This document shows positions 47,801 through 56,764 of a stretch of 64,000 bases of DNA, in pieces. The stretch's first letter is position 1, and each line of letters opens with the position of its first letter. Source of the stretch: a virus (lineage: Duplodnaviria; Caudoviricetes); IMG/VR virus record IMGVR_UViG_3300032302_000065. One strand, written 5' to 3'. Under the pieces are notes generated by a model. The model made no database searches. It was not told the DNA's origin and saw nothing but the letters and a program-made list of their open reading frames with translations. The position numbers were made by a program, and so were the translations under genes.

Positions 47801-50576
47801 AAAATATTATAACAGAGATGGTACAGAATCTAATGCAAATGAATATGCGGCCGCAGCCCGACAATATGGCGCATCAATTAATCAAGGACCATTGTTTAGT
47901 GTAGGTAATGATAATTATAGTGGTCGTGGACAACCTGGCACAACACAAATGCAAGGCGGTGTTGTTCAACAAGGATACGGACAACAATATGGATCGTCAC
48001 CGGCTCCTGGACAATTTAGAGTTGTTGCACCAACAGTAAATACTATTACTGGAGTAACTACTGCACCAACACTCGCTCAAGCCCTTGGATTAACTCAACA
48101 AACAGTAGCAGGATTTAGTAAAGAACAACTTGCGGTCGCAGAAGCACAACTTGATTTAGCTAGAATAGAAGGTACTAAAAGAGCTGAAGAAGCAAAAGCT
48201 AAATTGATATCAGATGCGGAATCAAGAGCGCAATCATTAGGTTTAGAAAAAGATAGTGCAGAATATAATAGAATGGTTGCGGCCGCATCCGATAGAGGTA
48301 ACGCAATAGTTACTATGGAAGCCGCAAAATATACTGTTTCGGGTTTAAGTGGACAGGGAAAAGAAGGTGGTGGAACTGCTATACAAGGAACACTTAAACC
48401 TGGTGATCCTGGATACAGAGAAGGTCAACTATTTCAAAATCCAACAGGTGGTGGAAAATTAAGTTTCGGACAAGAGTTAGGAAACTTTGGATTTGATGTT
48501 GGTAAGATGATGTTAGGAAATAAGATATCTCAAAGTCTAGGAATTAAGAATCCATATGCTCAAATGTTTGCAAACTTTGCAATTCAAAAAGGATTGAATT
48601 ATGGATTTGAAGCACTAAAAGGTACTGACTTATTTAAAGGCATGTTTGGTGGACCGTCTAGCCCGGCTAGCACGTGGATGGGACAAACCGATGAGTGGGG
48701 TAGTTTAGCTGATGCCGCAGGTGATGTTACTGATGTTGTAGATGCCGGAAGTGATATTGCAGACGTATTTTCTTGGTTCGCCGCTGATGGTGGTATTGCA
48801 ACTAAAACAACTCCTGGTGTTTTTGGTGAAGCTGGTGCTGAAGCTATTATTCCTCTTTCAAATCCTACTGCAACAAAAGCATTGTCTTCAGCTATGGGCA
48901 CAGACAAACAATTGTCTGCGTTAGGAGACCAAACACAGTTATTGTCTAGCATCGATAATTCACTATTGACAATATCAGGAAAATCAGCTGGTTCTGGAAC
49001 TAACATTGGTGGTGGAAGTTTATCATCATCAGGAAGTTCTTATATGATGAGTGGCGGCCTAGGTGGAGTTTGGAATCCAACTGCTACTACCTCATCAGGA
49101 CTTAAACCTGGAGTTAATGCAGGAAAACCTGGTGCTCCTAGCACAATGGACATTGTTGGGTCTATAGCAACTAGTTTGGTAAAATCATACGTAGTTAAAA
49201 CTGCTATCGGTGCGGCATTAAATCTTGCCGTTCCAGGAACTACAGCCGCTTTAGCCGCAGGATTTGAAGGTGGTATTATGGCTGGCGTATCAAATGCGGT
49301 AGGTATGGTTCCACAATTTCTTAGTGCCGCAGGAACTAATATTTCAAGTGCTTTAGGTTTGGGTGAAGGTGTTGGTGTTTTAGCGTCTGGTGCAAGTTCT
49401 GTTGCTAGTGCTTTAGGTGCTACTGAAGTCGCCGCCGCATTTGCGTCAGAAGGTTTGATGGCTGGCTTAGCCGCTATGGGACCTGTTGGTTGGGCGGGGC
49501 TTGCTGTTGTTGGTGTTGCGGCCGCATTAGGATATGGCGGTGGTGGCGGTGGAGGAAGTGCGCCTCCACCAAAAGAACCTAAATTTCATGCCGCAATCTA
49601 TGTAACAGGAAATAACAATATTGATGCGATAGCGCCAGTATATGAAACAGTCGATTATCATGCAGTTCCTGATGTATACAAAACGATTGCGTATGGTTTA
49701 TTGCGTGTAGCTTTTAATGCGGCAAAGGCAGCCGAATCAGTTACAAAAATGGCGCCTCCGTTTGATTACTTATACATTAAAGTCGAATATAATAGAATTT
49801 CTTTATGTTGGGGTAAAGGCGCACCTAATGCAAATACTCTAGCGACAAGTGATGCTAATCAAGTCGGTTCATGGGGTCCACCAAGCAAAGAACAAAATCT
49901 TAATGCTGTTGCAAGTGATATTGTAGATTTAATTAATAAAGAATTTAAAAAGACAGCAAACGCACAACAACTAACTAAACTAGATACTGCGGCTAAAGCA
50001 TTGGGTAACATGACATTAGACCAATTGAGTTCTGGTTTGATTCAAGACTTGAAGACTGGTGAGTTCAAATTAGATAAATCTGTAGAAAAAGGAATATATG
50101 CAAATAATGTAGCCGAATCTAACAGAATTGGTTCCCTAATTAATGCATCATCTACTCATGCAGGATATGTGTCAACAGGAACGTCAGCAGAATATGATGC
50201 CGATGGTAATTTGATAAAAGAAGGAACCACAGGCGGAACTCCTATGATTTGGAGTATGAAAGATAACGCATATGTTGACGCTACTAGGTCTCCTGGTGCA
50301 TTACTATTAGACGCACAAGGAAGACCTGTGTATGATATTCCAGGAACGTCAGCAGGTTTAACTGCTGAAGATTTTGGTGGAACAGACGTTGTTGGTATTG
50401 ATAGACCAGCTAACTTGTATTCTCCTACTACAGGAAGTGTTACTTCAGGTTCAGGTTCTGGCGGTACTGTTATTAGCGCACCATCAAATACAAAAATTGA
50501 TAATTCAGCGGTGAATAATTTTTATAATACCCCATCAAATTCTTTAGATATGTTGAGAAATACAGGACCGAAATAA
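44805..50576 (+). CDS. Tape measure protein (gp29-like) with embedded lysozyme/transglycosylase-like domain
   Basis: 1923 aa, Ala/Gly-rich with hydrophobic helices; ADGGI...GEAGAEAIIPL tape-measure motif; VESGG...AGGVYQITDSTW; follows gp26/gp51. Confidence 0.8.
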   Translation: MATLGNYVSALGGMAKEAITGTAKGLVGGLKGAMIREAPGIAGVYEFGKDLNKRANSYAKMPAGGTPPSAGTSNTSSPLGGFAQAVSAVAGINQGNVINLEQVRQLKQLNDNVVNQSKLIAFQIADQKRKDQFAEETANEQAVRDDALLQAIKQIGSRDSSGKKSSDDGRGGSSSFLGKIGDLISDNLGSIIGSIIGGYFGAKTGVPGRVLGGIGRGAAGQAAGSMAGRAVPQIGMAGRAVPQIGMAGRAAASNIIDVEARVISSSAARGALAEGIGTIVPMVLRFLTGPVGLGIMAAAGIGTYLYSKRDPDKAAAASANSALKKLKNQPPETEGQFRKVKITQDEAKVLLEQRAEREKEAVEAEAKAKTISESTTATAEQKETAKKFAEGRREAVDYDIKPYGGLDRIQKVAAGLPDPGGAVSTSQYLDKMKGVESGGKNIANPIGGTAGGVYQITDSTWTGNVTKMIAAGDKRFTKADLDPKMKFNPEKARAVAEFITNQNISGLKNGLRKDPTETDVYMAWFLGLGDNNSGAIQFLKAKEKDPAQLAWKLASSNEDSDIINNNAEIFYQKVSRDPTTKKVLSKEGPRSVQALYDLMKSKVARFGGTGDAVVIASTGSTSGNTTSANNEGNTKEKRPGTKVEVNNKEVKDFYAKDDSPFRTAGGGLLFPPEASVPGNPPPSVPRNPPPSVPGNPPPSVPEKKSTWMGQTDEWGNLATPVATPTTRSLSGGTKIAVKNAPIKTEDDKLRKVTENIAKQQGIDPKKSSATQTPTQKQKETARLASIVKPLYKSNTDIINDTNQKFLQGFKSTATRAFTQILTKEFFPKGLGVSYDQAKRDDNYRGQQLQKIFGTQAASQKFATGLLGKTYGPMFAPLFNQMAQGYLEVGSRIAGNAIFQGIGKLGAEEAQGIMGQVLGNYAAGNKKLALEQLIFGASGGRNNGGIALGMESLFAKYGFNNPTQGISYFAGGLADMATAPLANMLGGDTTNGVRFDNRTGKYYNRDGTESNANEYAAAARQYGASINQGPLFSVGNDNYSGRGQPGTTQMQGGVVQQGYGQQYGSSPAPGQFRVVAPTVNTITGVTTAPTLAQALGLTQQTVAGFSKEQLAVAEAQLDLARIEGTKRAEEAKAKLISDAESRAQSLGLEKDSAEYNRMVAAASDRGNAIVTMEAAKYTVSGLSGQGKEGGGTAIQGTLKPGDPGYREGQLFQNPTGGGKLSFGQELGNFGFDVGKMMLGNKISQSLGIKNPYAQMFANFAIQKGLNYGFEALKGTDLFKGMFGGPSSPASTWMGQTDEWGSLADAAGDVTDVVDAGSDIADVFSWFAADGGIATKTTPGVFGEAGAEAIIPLSNPTATKALSSAMGTDKQLSALGDQTQLLSSIDNSLLTISGKSAGSGTNIGGGSLSSSGSSYMMSGGLGGVWNPTATTSSGLKPGVNAGKPGAPSTMDIVGSIATSLVKSYVVKTAIGAALNLAVPGTTAALAAGFEGGIMAGVSNAVGMVPQFLSAAGTNISSALGLGEGVGVLASGASSVASALGATEVAAAFASEGLMAGLAAMGPVGWAGLAVVGVAAALGYGGGGGGGSAPPPKEPKFHAAIYVTGNNNIDAIAPVYETVDYHAVPDVYKTIAYGLLRVAFNAAKAAESVTKMAPPFDYLYIKVEYNRISLCWGKGAPNANTLATSDANQVGSWGPPSKEQNLNAVASDIVDLINKEFKKTANAQQLTKLDTAAKALGNMTLDQLSSGLIQDLKTGEFKLDKSVEKGIYANNVAESNRIGSLINASSTHAGYVSTGTSAEYDADGNLIKEGTTGGTPMIWSMKDNAYVDATRSPGALLLDAQGRPVYDIPGTSAGLTAEDFGGTDVVGIDRPANLYSPTTGSVTSGSGSGGTVISAPSNTKIDNSAVNNFYNTPSNSLDMLRNTGPK
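45480..45550. repeat. 30-nt tandem repeat (MAGRAVPQIG, ~2.4 copies)
   Basis: ATGGCAGGTCGTGCAGTTCCTCAAATAGGA repeated exactly. Confidence 0.9.
46825..46908. repeat. 24-nt tandem repeat (SVPGNPPP, ~3.5 copies)
   Basis: CAAGTGTTCCAGGAAATCCTCCTC repeated with one substitution. Confidence 0.9.
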
Positions 50577-50607
50577 AAAAAGGGAAGCATTTTATTGCTT
50601 CCCTAAA
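50575..50607. terminator. Terminator between convergent tape measure and gp32 genes
   Basis: AGGGAAGCA-loop-TGCTTCCCT stem with an A-run on the left (T-run on the - strand). Confidence 0.8.
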
Positions 50608-50634
50608 GTCTCACAGGAGAGAGATTACAAAAGA

Positions 50635-51549
50635 TTAATCTTCAGCCAACTTCTCAAAGTAACTCAAATCTTCATCATCATCAACTGAGTCTGCAACTGT
50701 AGGTTTCTTAACAGGTGTTGTCGTAGGTTTTGTTGTTGAAGCAGTACCTGGTACGTTAGGTTTAGTAGAGTAATAATTATCTCCAGCAGAACCATCTTCA
50801 AGACCAAGCACTTTGTTCAAACGTGCTTTCAATTCATCATAAGACTTGAAGTTCTTTTCGCTTAAGAATTCAGACAAACCAAACTCTTGCTTCCAGATAC
50901 GCTCTAAGTCATCTTCATCGCCAGACAATGGTGCTGGTGATTCAAACTCAGACTTATCATAGTTCTGATAACCTTCAACTTTACGAATCTTCAACTTGAA
51001 GTTCGCACCTTCCCAAAGGTCGAATGGGTTGACAGGAGTTTCATCTTCAAACTCGGGATTCATCAAGTCGTTCAACTTGTCGAAAATCTTCTTACCGAAT
51101 TTGAACAATTTAACTGTTCCGTCATTATCAGGATTTGCAGGATCCTTGATAACATAGATGTTTGCGATATACTGCAACTTACGCTTTTGTTTACGTGCAA
51201 TATCTTTGTTAGCATCAGAACCAGAGTTCCAAAGGATGCTATTGTGTTCAGACACAGGGTCTTTCTTGTTGAGTGTAGTCAACGAATTTTCAATGTACCA
51301 TCCACCAGGACCTTGGAATGAATGATTGAAAACTTGAACCCAAGGTACATCTTCGCCTGCGGGTGCGGGAAGAAAACGGATCGTTGCGAAACCGTTACCT
51401 GCTTTGTCTACTGTGGGTTTCCAGAATCGGAGGTCTTCATAAGACTTCTTACCCTCTTCTTTATTTGTGAGTTTGGAAACTGCGTCTGTGAGTTTTTCCA
51501 AATCTTTGGTGCGTGACTTTTTCAAATCTGCAAATGATGTTGATGCCAT
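50635..51549 (-). CDS. gp32: Single-stranded DNA-binding protein
   Basis: RFWKP..DKAGNG.A.IRFLP, HSFQGPGGWYIENS, FGKKIFDK, acidic tail SYFEKLAED. Confidence 0.97.
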   Translation of the reverse strand: MASTSFADLKKSRTKDLEKLTDAVSKLTNKEEGKKSYEDLRFWKPTVDKAGNGFATIRFLPAPAGEDVPWVQVFNHSFQGPGGWYIENSLTTLNKKDPVSEHNSILWNSGSDANKDIARKQKRKLQYIANIYVIKDPANPDNDGTVKLFKFGKKIFDKLNDLMNPEFEDETPVNPFDLWEGANFKLKIRKVEGYQNYDKSEFESPAPLSGDEDDLERIWKQEFGLSEFLSEKNFKSYDELKARLNKVLGLEDGSAGDNYYSTKPNVPGTASTTKPTTTPVKKPTVADSVDDDEDLSYFEKLAED

Positions 51550-51627
51550 ATTAGTATATTCCTTGTATGTTAAGTATTAAATGTATGTTTTGCTTGTCCA
51601 CTTTTATCATAATCTACTATAGTATAT

Positions 51628-51656
51628 AGTCTATCATAATTCTCTACAGGTGTCAA
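51628..51656 (-). promoter_or_regulatory. Sigma70-type promoter for gp32
   Basis: TTGACA-17nt-TAGACT. Confidence 0.7.
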
Positions 51657-51700
51657 TAGTCGGCAAACTTTCTTTGGTTTACGCACTACTGCCGACACCA

Positions 51701-52300
51701 CTACGTCACTACTACTAACTCTCTGAGTGACTTTTTCATCCTTGCCGTATCGTAATTTAAAAAGGGCTGGTACTTTTTGCATAACTTGCTTACCTCTTTG
51801 TAGATTGGATCATGTATCATTGTATCATACCTTTTGACAAAATGCAATAGTGAATTCAATATTGCTAGTGTCTCCAGACTGATTTCTCCTCTTAAATATT
51901 TCTTGATAATCGGTGGATGGTCACCACCTTTAGCATTAAAAAATTCATTCAGTTCGTCTGGCTTCCAACCAGAAATAAAATCCATCTCATTTTTAAATAC
52001 ATACGTCAACGATTCTTGTTTACGTTTCCATTCTTTGTAGCGGTTCTCACATTCTTCAGAGAGAAGTTCGCCAACCCAAATTTTTGTGTCATGCATGAAA
52101 TTAGAAACTAAAAACTCTTCTAAGTAAGCATCTTTACGATTACCAAGTTTAGCAAAAAAGATTTTGTCTTTACGTTTCAAAAAAGAATCGTATGTGACAT
52201 TGACCTTTTTGTTGTACTTAAACCAATCGTAACTGTCTAACGTAAAATGATTTTTAATTCCTAAGTAAACTTTGTATGCGTCTATAGCATCCATTTTCAT
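51701..52300 (-). CDS. gp59: Helicase loader
   Basis: YLGIKNHF..YDWFKY, KRKDKIFF.KL, ISLETL, KYQPFL; upstream of gp32. Confidence 0.92.
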   Translation of the reverse strand: MKMDAIDAYKVYLGIKNHFTLDSYDWFKYNKKVNVTYDSFLKRKDKIFFAKLGNRKDAYLEEFLVSNFMHDTKIWVGELLSEECENRYKEWKRKQESLTYVFKNEMDFISGWKPDELNEFFNAKGGDHPPIIKKYLRGEISLETLAILNSLLHFVKRYDTMIHDPIYKEVSKLCKKYQPFLNYDTARMKKSLRELVVVT

Positions 52301-52542
52301 TAATCGTCAAACTCAATAGGCAATCTTGCTTTCGGTGCAATCATCTTTAACTTCATTGCTTCACCCTCAATAGAAGATTTCATACGTGGTGTAATTAAAG
52401 ATGCCGCAGTTTCGACTTCAACGTTTTTAATTGAGCAGTACTCTAAGATAGCATCAATCATTGTGATAGGATGTTTATCACGTTGAATTTTTTTTATCTC
52501 AGATTCAAATTCTTTCTGTGTTAAAATCTTAAGACTCATCAA
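52300..52542 (-). CDS. gp33: Late transcription coactivator
   Basis: F..EI, IDAILEYC, KSSIEGEA, ARLPI; directly upstream of gp59. Confidence 0.85.
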   Translation of the reverse strand: MMSLKILTQKEFESEIKKIQRDKHPITMIDAILEYCSIKNVEVETAASLITPRMKSSIEGEAMKLKMIAPKARLPIEFDD

Positions 52543-52726
52543 CTGAAACTCTCATTGAAGTAATTCGTCCGTTTCGAAATGTTCCAGATGCGTTTGGAGT
52601 GCTTGCAGGCTTTGCAGTACGAAACATAGGATTTTTCATATCACTTTCCGATGCATAGTAACTTAGTGGATATCCATTCTTGCGTTGGTAAGTTTTAACT
52701 TTAACTTGTTTTTTCACGATACTCAT
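52529..52726 (-). CDS. Small basic hypothetical protein
   Basis: ATG at 52726 with AAGGA RBS; fills the operon gap. Confidence 0.55.
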   Translation of the reverse strand: MSIVKKQVKVKTYQRKNGYPLSYYASESDMKNPMFRTAKPASTPNASGTFRNGRITSMRVSVDES

Positions 52727-52739
52727 TTCAAAGTTCCTT

Positions 52740-53246
52740 TTACATTCTATAAAAAATATGACCTTCGATAGTCGCAACTTTCGTCACCTTACTACGCCAT
52801 GATGGTTTAATATCAATAGCATGAAAGTGTGTTGCTCCTTCTAAGAGTTTAATTATATCTGATCCACCTGTTTTTGTCAAGAGCATCTTAGCAACTTCAT
52901 AGCACTCTTTCCATCGTTTGCTGTTTGATGGTGGTGTACTTGCAACTCTGCTATTATACCATGAAAACTGTTGTGGCTCAGTTACAACATCACGAATGTT
53001 TTTTGGAAATCTGCTGTCGTGCAATCTGTTGAGTGTGACTGCACCAACTGCCATTTTACCGATTAGAGGTTCGCTACCTGCTTCGTAATAGATGTTCATT
53101 GCCATCCAATACAGGTCCGACTTACTAGAATTTTTTGGTGCGACAGCCGCATCTTGAATTTCTTTTAATGATGGCAATTCAGTAGCAATCACATTTGTAG
53201 AAAATAGTGCCGATACAAATACTACAGCCGCTAATAGTGCTTTCAT
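52740..53246 (-). CDS. Cell wall hydrolase (SleB/Hydrolase_2 family) with N-terminal signal/anchor
   Basis: NIYYEAGSE...AVGAVTLNR, QQFSW, GATHFHA, IEGHIFY; hydrophobic N-terminus. Confidence 0.9.
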   Translation of the reverse strand: MKALLAAVVFVSALFSTNVIATELPSLKEIQDAAVAPKNSSKSDLYWMAMNIYYEAGSEPLIGKMAVGAVTLNRLHDSRFPKNIRDVVTEPQQFSWYNSRVASTPPSNSKRWKECYEVAKMLLTKTGGSDIIKLLEGATHFHAIDIKPSWRSKVTKVATIEGHIFYRM

Positions 53247-53294
53247 ATTTTTTCCTTTCTTTTTAGACCCACTAAATTTTAGTGGGTCTTTTAT

Positions 53295-54533
53295 TTAGCA
53301 TTTAACTAATGTGCTTAGTAAATGTGGTCCATCCCATGTTTGGCTTTCGATTCTGAATTGACCTTTGAAGCCATAAACTTCTTTAGCCCACATCCTTTCA
53401 TTGTCGAAATAAAATGGAAATGTTTGTTCTGTGATGATGTTCACATGTGTTGGATCCCAAAAGGCAGCCGCATGAGGAAATGCAGGTGTCTTTGAATAGA
53501 ATTTTCCTCCAACTTTCAATACTCGCCAAATCTCACTCATCAATTCTACAAATGGATATCTACGATTTGGATTATACATCAGTCTAGGAATGTGTTCGAT
53601 GAAATCATGTGCAGTCACATAATCAAAGAAATTATCTATAAACGGAATTGGTTCAATAACTAAATCTGCCCGTGTGATTTTATTCTTAGTATCATCTCTA
53701 ACATCAATACCATATACATGTTTTGCGTTAAATGGATTTTTAGGATACTCACCACAACCTAAATCAAGTGAATAAGTTTCTTCTGGTTCTTTAGTGTATC
53801 GAATAATGTCTTCGCTACAATCAGTTACCTTAGGTAAATCTTTACTCCACAATTCTTTTAAAGTTTCTGCTGTCATAACACCATTTGGTCCATGATAGTG
53901 ATGGCTTCCCCATCCACGAATTCTATCGTGTTCTGGCACTTTAGTTTGAATCTGCAATCTACGTTCAAGCATACCTCTACTAGCAATACAATTTGCATAG
54001 TGGAAAATCATCATCTCTTCATTGTTGTATGAAGCAAAATGGCGACCAACATCATATTCCATTGTTTTTACATTATGCAAACTTCTAGCACGGCGAGCCA
54101 TAAAGTCTGTCTTATAGTGAATACCTTGTTTCTTCTGTGCCCACAAAGGTTTAGTTCTGTCTAACTCACCATTTGGATTCCAATCCCAGAATGTGATTGT
54201 TGGAATTAAATGTTGTGTAGACCTAATCGTGTCAACTAAAAACTTTTTATAATCGCCAACTAAAAATTCTGTGACATTTAAACAAATGCGCCAGCCTTCA
54301 ATCTTACGTTCATATTCTAATACTTCAACGTCAACAAGTCTAGCATTAAATTCTGAATTTTTAGATTGTACAACTTCCCATGTCGGACAAATCTCTTTGA
54401 TGATTTCACGGGACCTGTCTGTAGATGCATAGTCGATAATGATACCATGATCGAAAATTTTCTTATGATGTTCTAGCCACCAAGGTAGAATATATTCTTC
54501 ATTATAAATGTGTGCAATTACTGTTGATGCCAT
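53295..54533 (-). CDS. Glycosyltransferase (GT-A/GT2-like) - SAM methyltransferase fusion
   Basis: N-half YNEEYILPWWLEHH..DYASTD; C-half LDLGCG, DFIEHI, EIWRVLKVGG, DPTH. Confidence 0.8.
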   Translation of the reverse strand: MASTVIAHIYNEEYILPWWLEHHKKIFDHGIIIDYASTDRSREIIKEICPTWEVVQSKNSEFNARLVDVEVLEYERKIEGWRICLNVTEFLVGDYKKFLVDTIRSTQHLIPTITFWDWNPNGELDRTKPLWAQKKQGIHYKTDFMARRARSLHNVKTMEYDVGRHFASYNNEEMMIFHYANCIASRGMLERRLQIQTKVPEHDRIRGWGSHHYHGPNGVMTAETLKELWSKDLPKVTDCSEDIIRYTKEPEETYSLDLGCGEYPKNPFNAKHVYGIDVRDDTKNKITRADLVIEPIPFIDNFFDYVTAHDFIEHIPRLMYNPNRRYPFVELMSEIWRVLKVGGKFYSKTPAFPHAAAFWDPTHVNIITEQTFPFYFDNERMWAKEVYGFKGQFRIESQTWDGPHLLSTLVKC

Positions 54534-54540
54534 TATGTCC

Positions 54541-55230
54541 TCAATTTTCAATTAAACTTGTATCTATCAAAATCGGTACTGTGCTTGTCTTTAATAAGTT
54601 TTCAACTGATCCCGGTTTTACATTTGGGTTTCTCAATTGTCCAAACTCATAGAATGAACGTCTAGGTCCACCAACATGACAAATGCCTGTTTGTTCACTT
54701 AAACATTTTTCTGCAATCTTAGGTGCAATGATATCTATGTACTCTTTAGATGAATACTTATCTGTGAACGCAGTATCAAATGGAAAATCAACATCACAAA
54801 ATTCAGTTCTTATGACTAATGATTTTTCATAGATAAGCGTAGCCATCTCACCAGCAACTTTAGATTTTGCATATCGTGTTAATGGATTAGGCAAATCTGT
54901 GTGTGTGTAGTTTCCTTTTTGTCCATCGAATACATGTGACGATGAAATAAAAACAAATCTAGCATTCTTACTCATCGCATGTTTTAATGCATTACATGTA
55001 CCTTGAATGTTTGTTTCAATTGTGTCAATAGGATTTTTTTCCGCATCAGCAAATTTTGCGATAGCCGCACAATGAATAACCAAATCACAATCAAATAGTA
55101 TAAAGAAGAGTGGATCAGTAATGTCTAACTCACTACTACTAGGCGCAATGATTTCATGTCCTTTTACTCTTAAATGGCGAATTAAATTTTTGCCAAGAAG
55201 TCCTGACCCACCAGTTAACAAGATTTTCAT
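54541..55230 (-). CDS. rmlD: dTDP-4-dehydrorhamnose reductase-like SDR
   Basis: TGGSGLLG, HCAA, ISSSHVFDG, PNPLTRYAKSK. Confidence 0.75.
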   Translation of the reverse strand: MKILLTGGSGLLGKNLIRHLRVKGHEIIAPSSSELDITDPLFFILFDCDLVIHCAAIAKFADAEKNPIDTIETNIQGTCNALKHAMSKNARFVFISSSHVFDGQKGNYTHTDLPNPLTRYAKSKVAGEMATLIYEKSLVIRTEFCDVDFPFDTAFTDKYSSKEYIDIIAPKIAEKCLSEQTGICHVGGPRRSFYEFGQLRNPNVKPGSVENLLKTSTVPILIDTSLIEN

Positions 55231-56192
55231 TTGCCTAAAACTTTCTGAAATGTTGTTATGTTAGAATATTCATCACTATCAAAATTATAGCTTAACGGAT
55301 CCATATTGTCAAGTATCTCAGCCAAAGAATCTAAAGGGGTAAACTGTGCTTTGAAACCCAATTCATCTTCGATTTTTTCCGTACTTACTTTGTAGTTACG
55401 AACATCATTGTTTTCATTGATAACTAAGTCAACAACATATCCTCTTTTTCTCAACTCACCATGAATCGCTTCGCCCAACTGACCAATCGTCATATTGCCG
55501 CCAGAGAGGTTGTAAATACCAGATACATTCAAGTCTGCTTCTAATGCTTTTTGATATCCCTGAATCACATCACGAATATCTACAAGAGGGCGCCAAATCT
55601 TTGGATTGTTAACTACAATTTTTTGTGTTGTGAATGCACTCTTCAACATAGTGTTCACAACTAAATCATAGCGCATTTTTTGTGACCATCCACCAACTGT
55701 ACCTTTACGGAATACAATCGGTTTAAAGTTATCATCTTCTAAAGTTTCTAAACCACGTTCACATTGTAGTTTAGAAATACCATATGCATATGCAGGCTTA
55801 ACAAGACTGCTTTCATTTAGTGTCTTGTTCTTTGTGAAGCCATATACGCTACAAGAACTAGCACAAATAAAACGTTTTACTCCGGCTTCTTTAGCAATGA
55901 ATGCAAGATACATTGGTGCAGAAGAATTCTCAATGAAGTTTAAGTCTGGTCTGAACATCGCCATTGGATCATTAGACAATCCAGCAAGAAACAAAACAGC
56001 ATCATATGTTGTCAAGTCTTCCGGTTTAATATCCCACAAACTTTTCTTTTCTTTTGAAATGCTTTTAGTTAAATTATCACCAAACCAAAAGTTATCAATA
56101 ACATGCACTTTGTATCCCATGCGGGTACTCAAGTGATTTGAGAGTCTTGTGCCAATGTAGCCAGCGCCACCAACGATAAGAATATTTTTCAT
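55227..56192 (-). CDS. NAD-dependent nucleotide-sugar epimerase/dehydratase
   Basis: GGAGYIG, ASSCSVYG, YGISK, DLVVN. Confidence 0.88.
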   Translation of the reverse strand: MKNILIVGGAGYIGTRLSNHLSTRMGYKVHVIDNFWFGDNLTKSISKEKKSLWDIKPEDLTTYDAVLFLAGLSNDPMAMFRPDLNFIENSSAPMYLAFIAKEAGVKRFICASSCSVYGFTKNKTLNESSLVKPAYAYGISKLQCERGLETLEDDNFKPIVFRKGTVGGWSQKMRYDLVVNTMLKSAFTTQKIVVNNPKIWRPLVDIRDVIQGYQKALEADLNVSGIYNLSGGNMTIGQLGEAIHGELRKRGYVVDLVINENNDVRNYKVSTEKIEDELGFKAQFTPLDSLAEILDNMDPLSYNFDSDEYSNITTFQKVLGK

Positions 56193-56194
56193 AA

Positions 56195-56749
56195 TTAGAA
56201 TTTTGGATTTAGTTTATAATCTGCGAAAGAACCTGCGGCTCTGTCTTTGTCTGATAGAATGAAGTCTTTGATTGTATCAATTGATTGCCAATCGATATTC
56301 AAATCTGTATCAAATGGATTAATTGCGGCTTCTGCTTTGGAATTATGTACTGCTGTGCATTTGTACATTAGATGCGTATATTCTGCTAATGAAAGAAACG
56401 CATGACCAAAACCTGCTGGTACCCATAACTGATTGTTTGATTCTGGTCCTAACAACTCAGCATGATACTGTCCGTATGTTGGAGAATCTTTTCGTAAATC
56501 AATTGCAACATCAAGTCCATATCCATGAGTGACACGAACCAATTTACCCATTGGTTTGTCCCATTGGAAATGAATACCTCTTAGAACATGTTTTTTTGAT
56601 ACGGATTGATTGTCTTGAAGAAATTTTACGCCAAGTGCGTCTTCAACTTCTGGTCTGAATGTCTCTGTAAAGAAACCACGATTGTCTCTATAAACAGGTA
56701 GATTGATGATTTTAACATCAGGGATTATTTTCGAATCAGTTATTTTCAT
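56195..56749 (-). CDS. rmlC: dTDP-4-dehydrorhamnose 3,5-epimerase
   Basis: DNRGFFTE, QDNQS.S..VLRGIHFQ, DLRKDSPTYG, WVPAGFGHAF, LSDKD. Confidence 0.93.
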   Translation of the reverse strand: MKITDSKIIPDVKIINLPVYRDNRGFFTETFRPEVEDALGVKFLQDNQSVSKKHVLRGIHFQWDKPMGKLVRVTHGYGLDVAIDLRKDSPTYGQYHAELLGPESNNQLWVPAGFGHAFLSLAEYTHLMYKCTAVHNSKAEAAINPFDTDLNIDWQSIDTIKDFILSDKDRAAGSFADYKLNPKF

Positions 56750-56764
56750 TATTACTCCATAAAT

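Noticed and set aside
51570-51782. 70-aa ORF between gp59 and gp32
   Set aside because: Overlaps the gp59 end and runs across the gp32 promoter and leader; probably not coding
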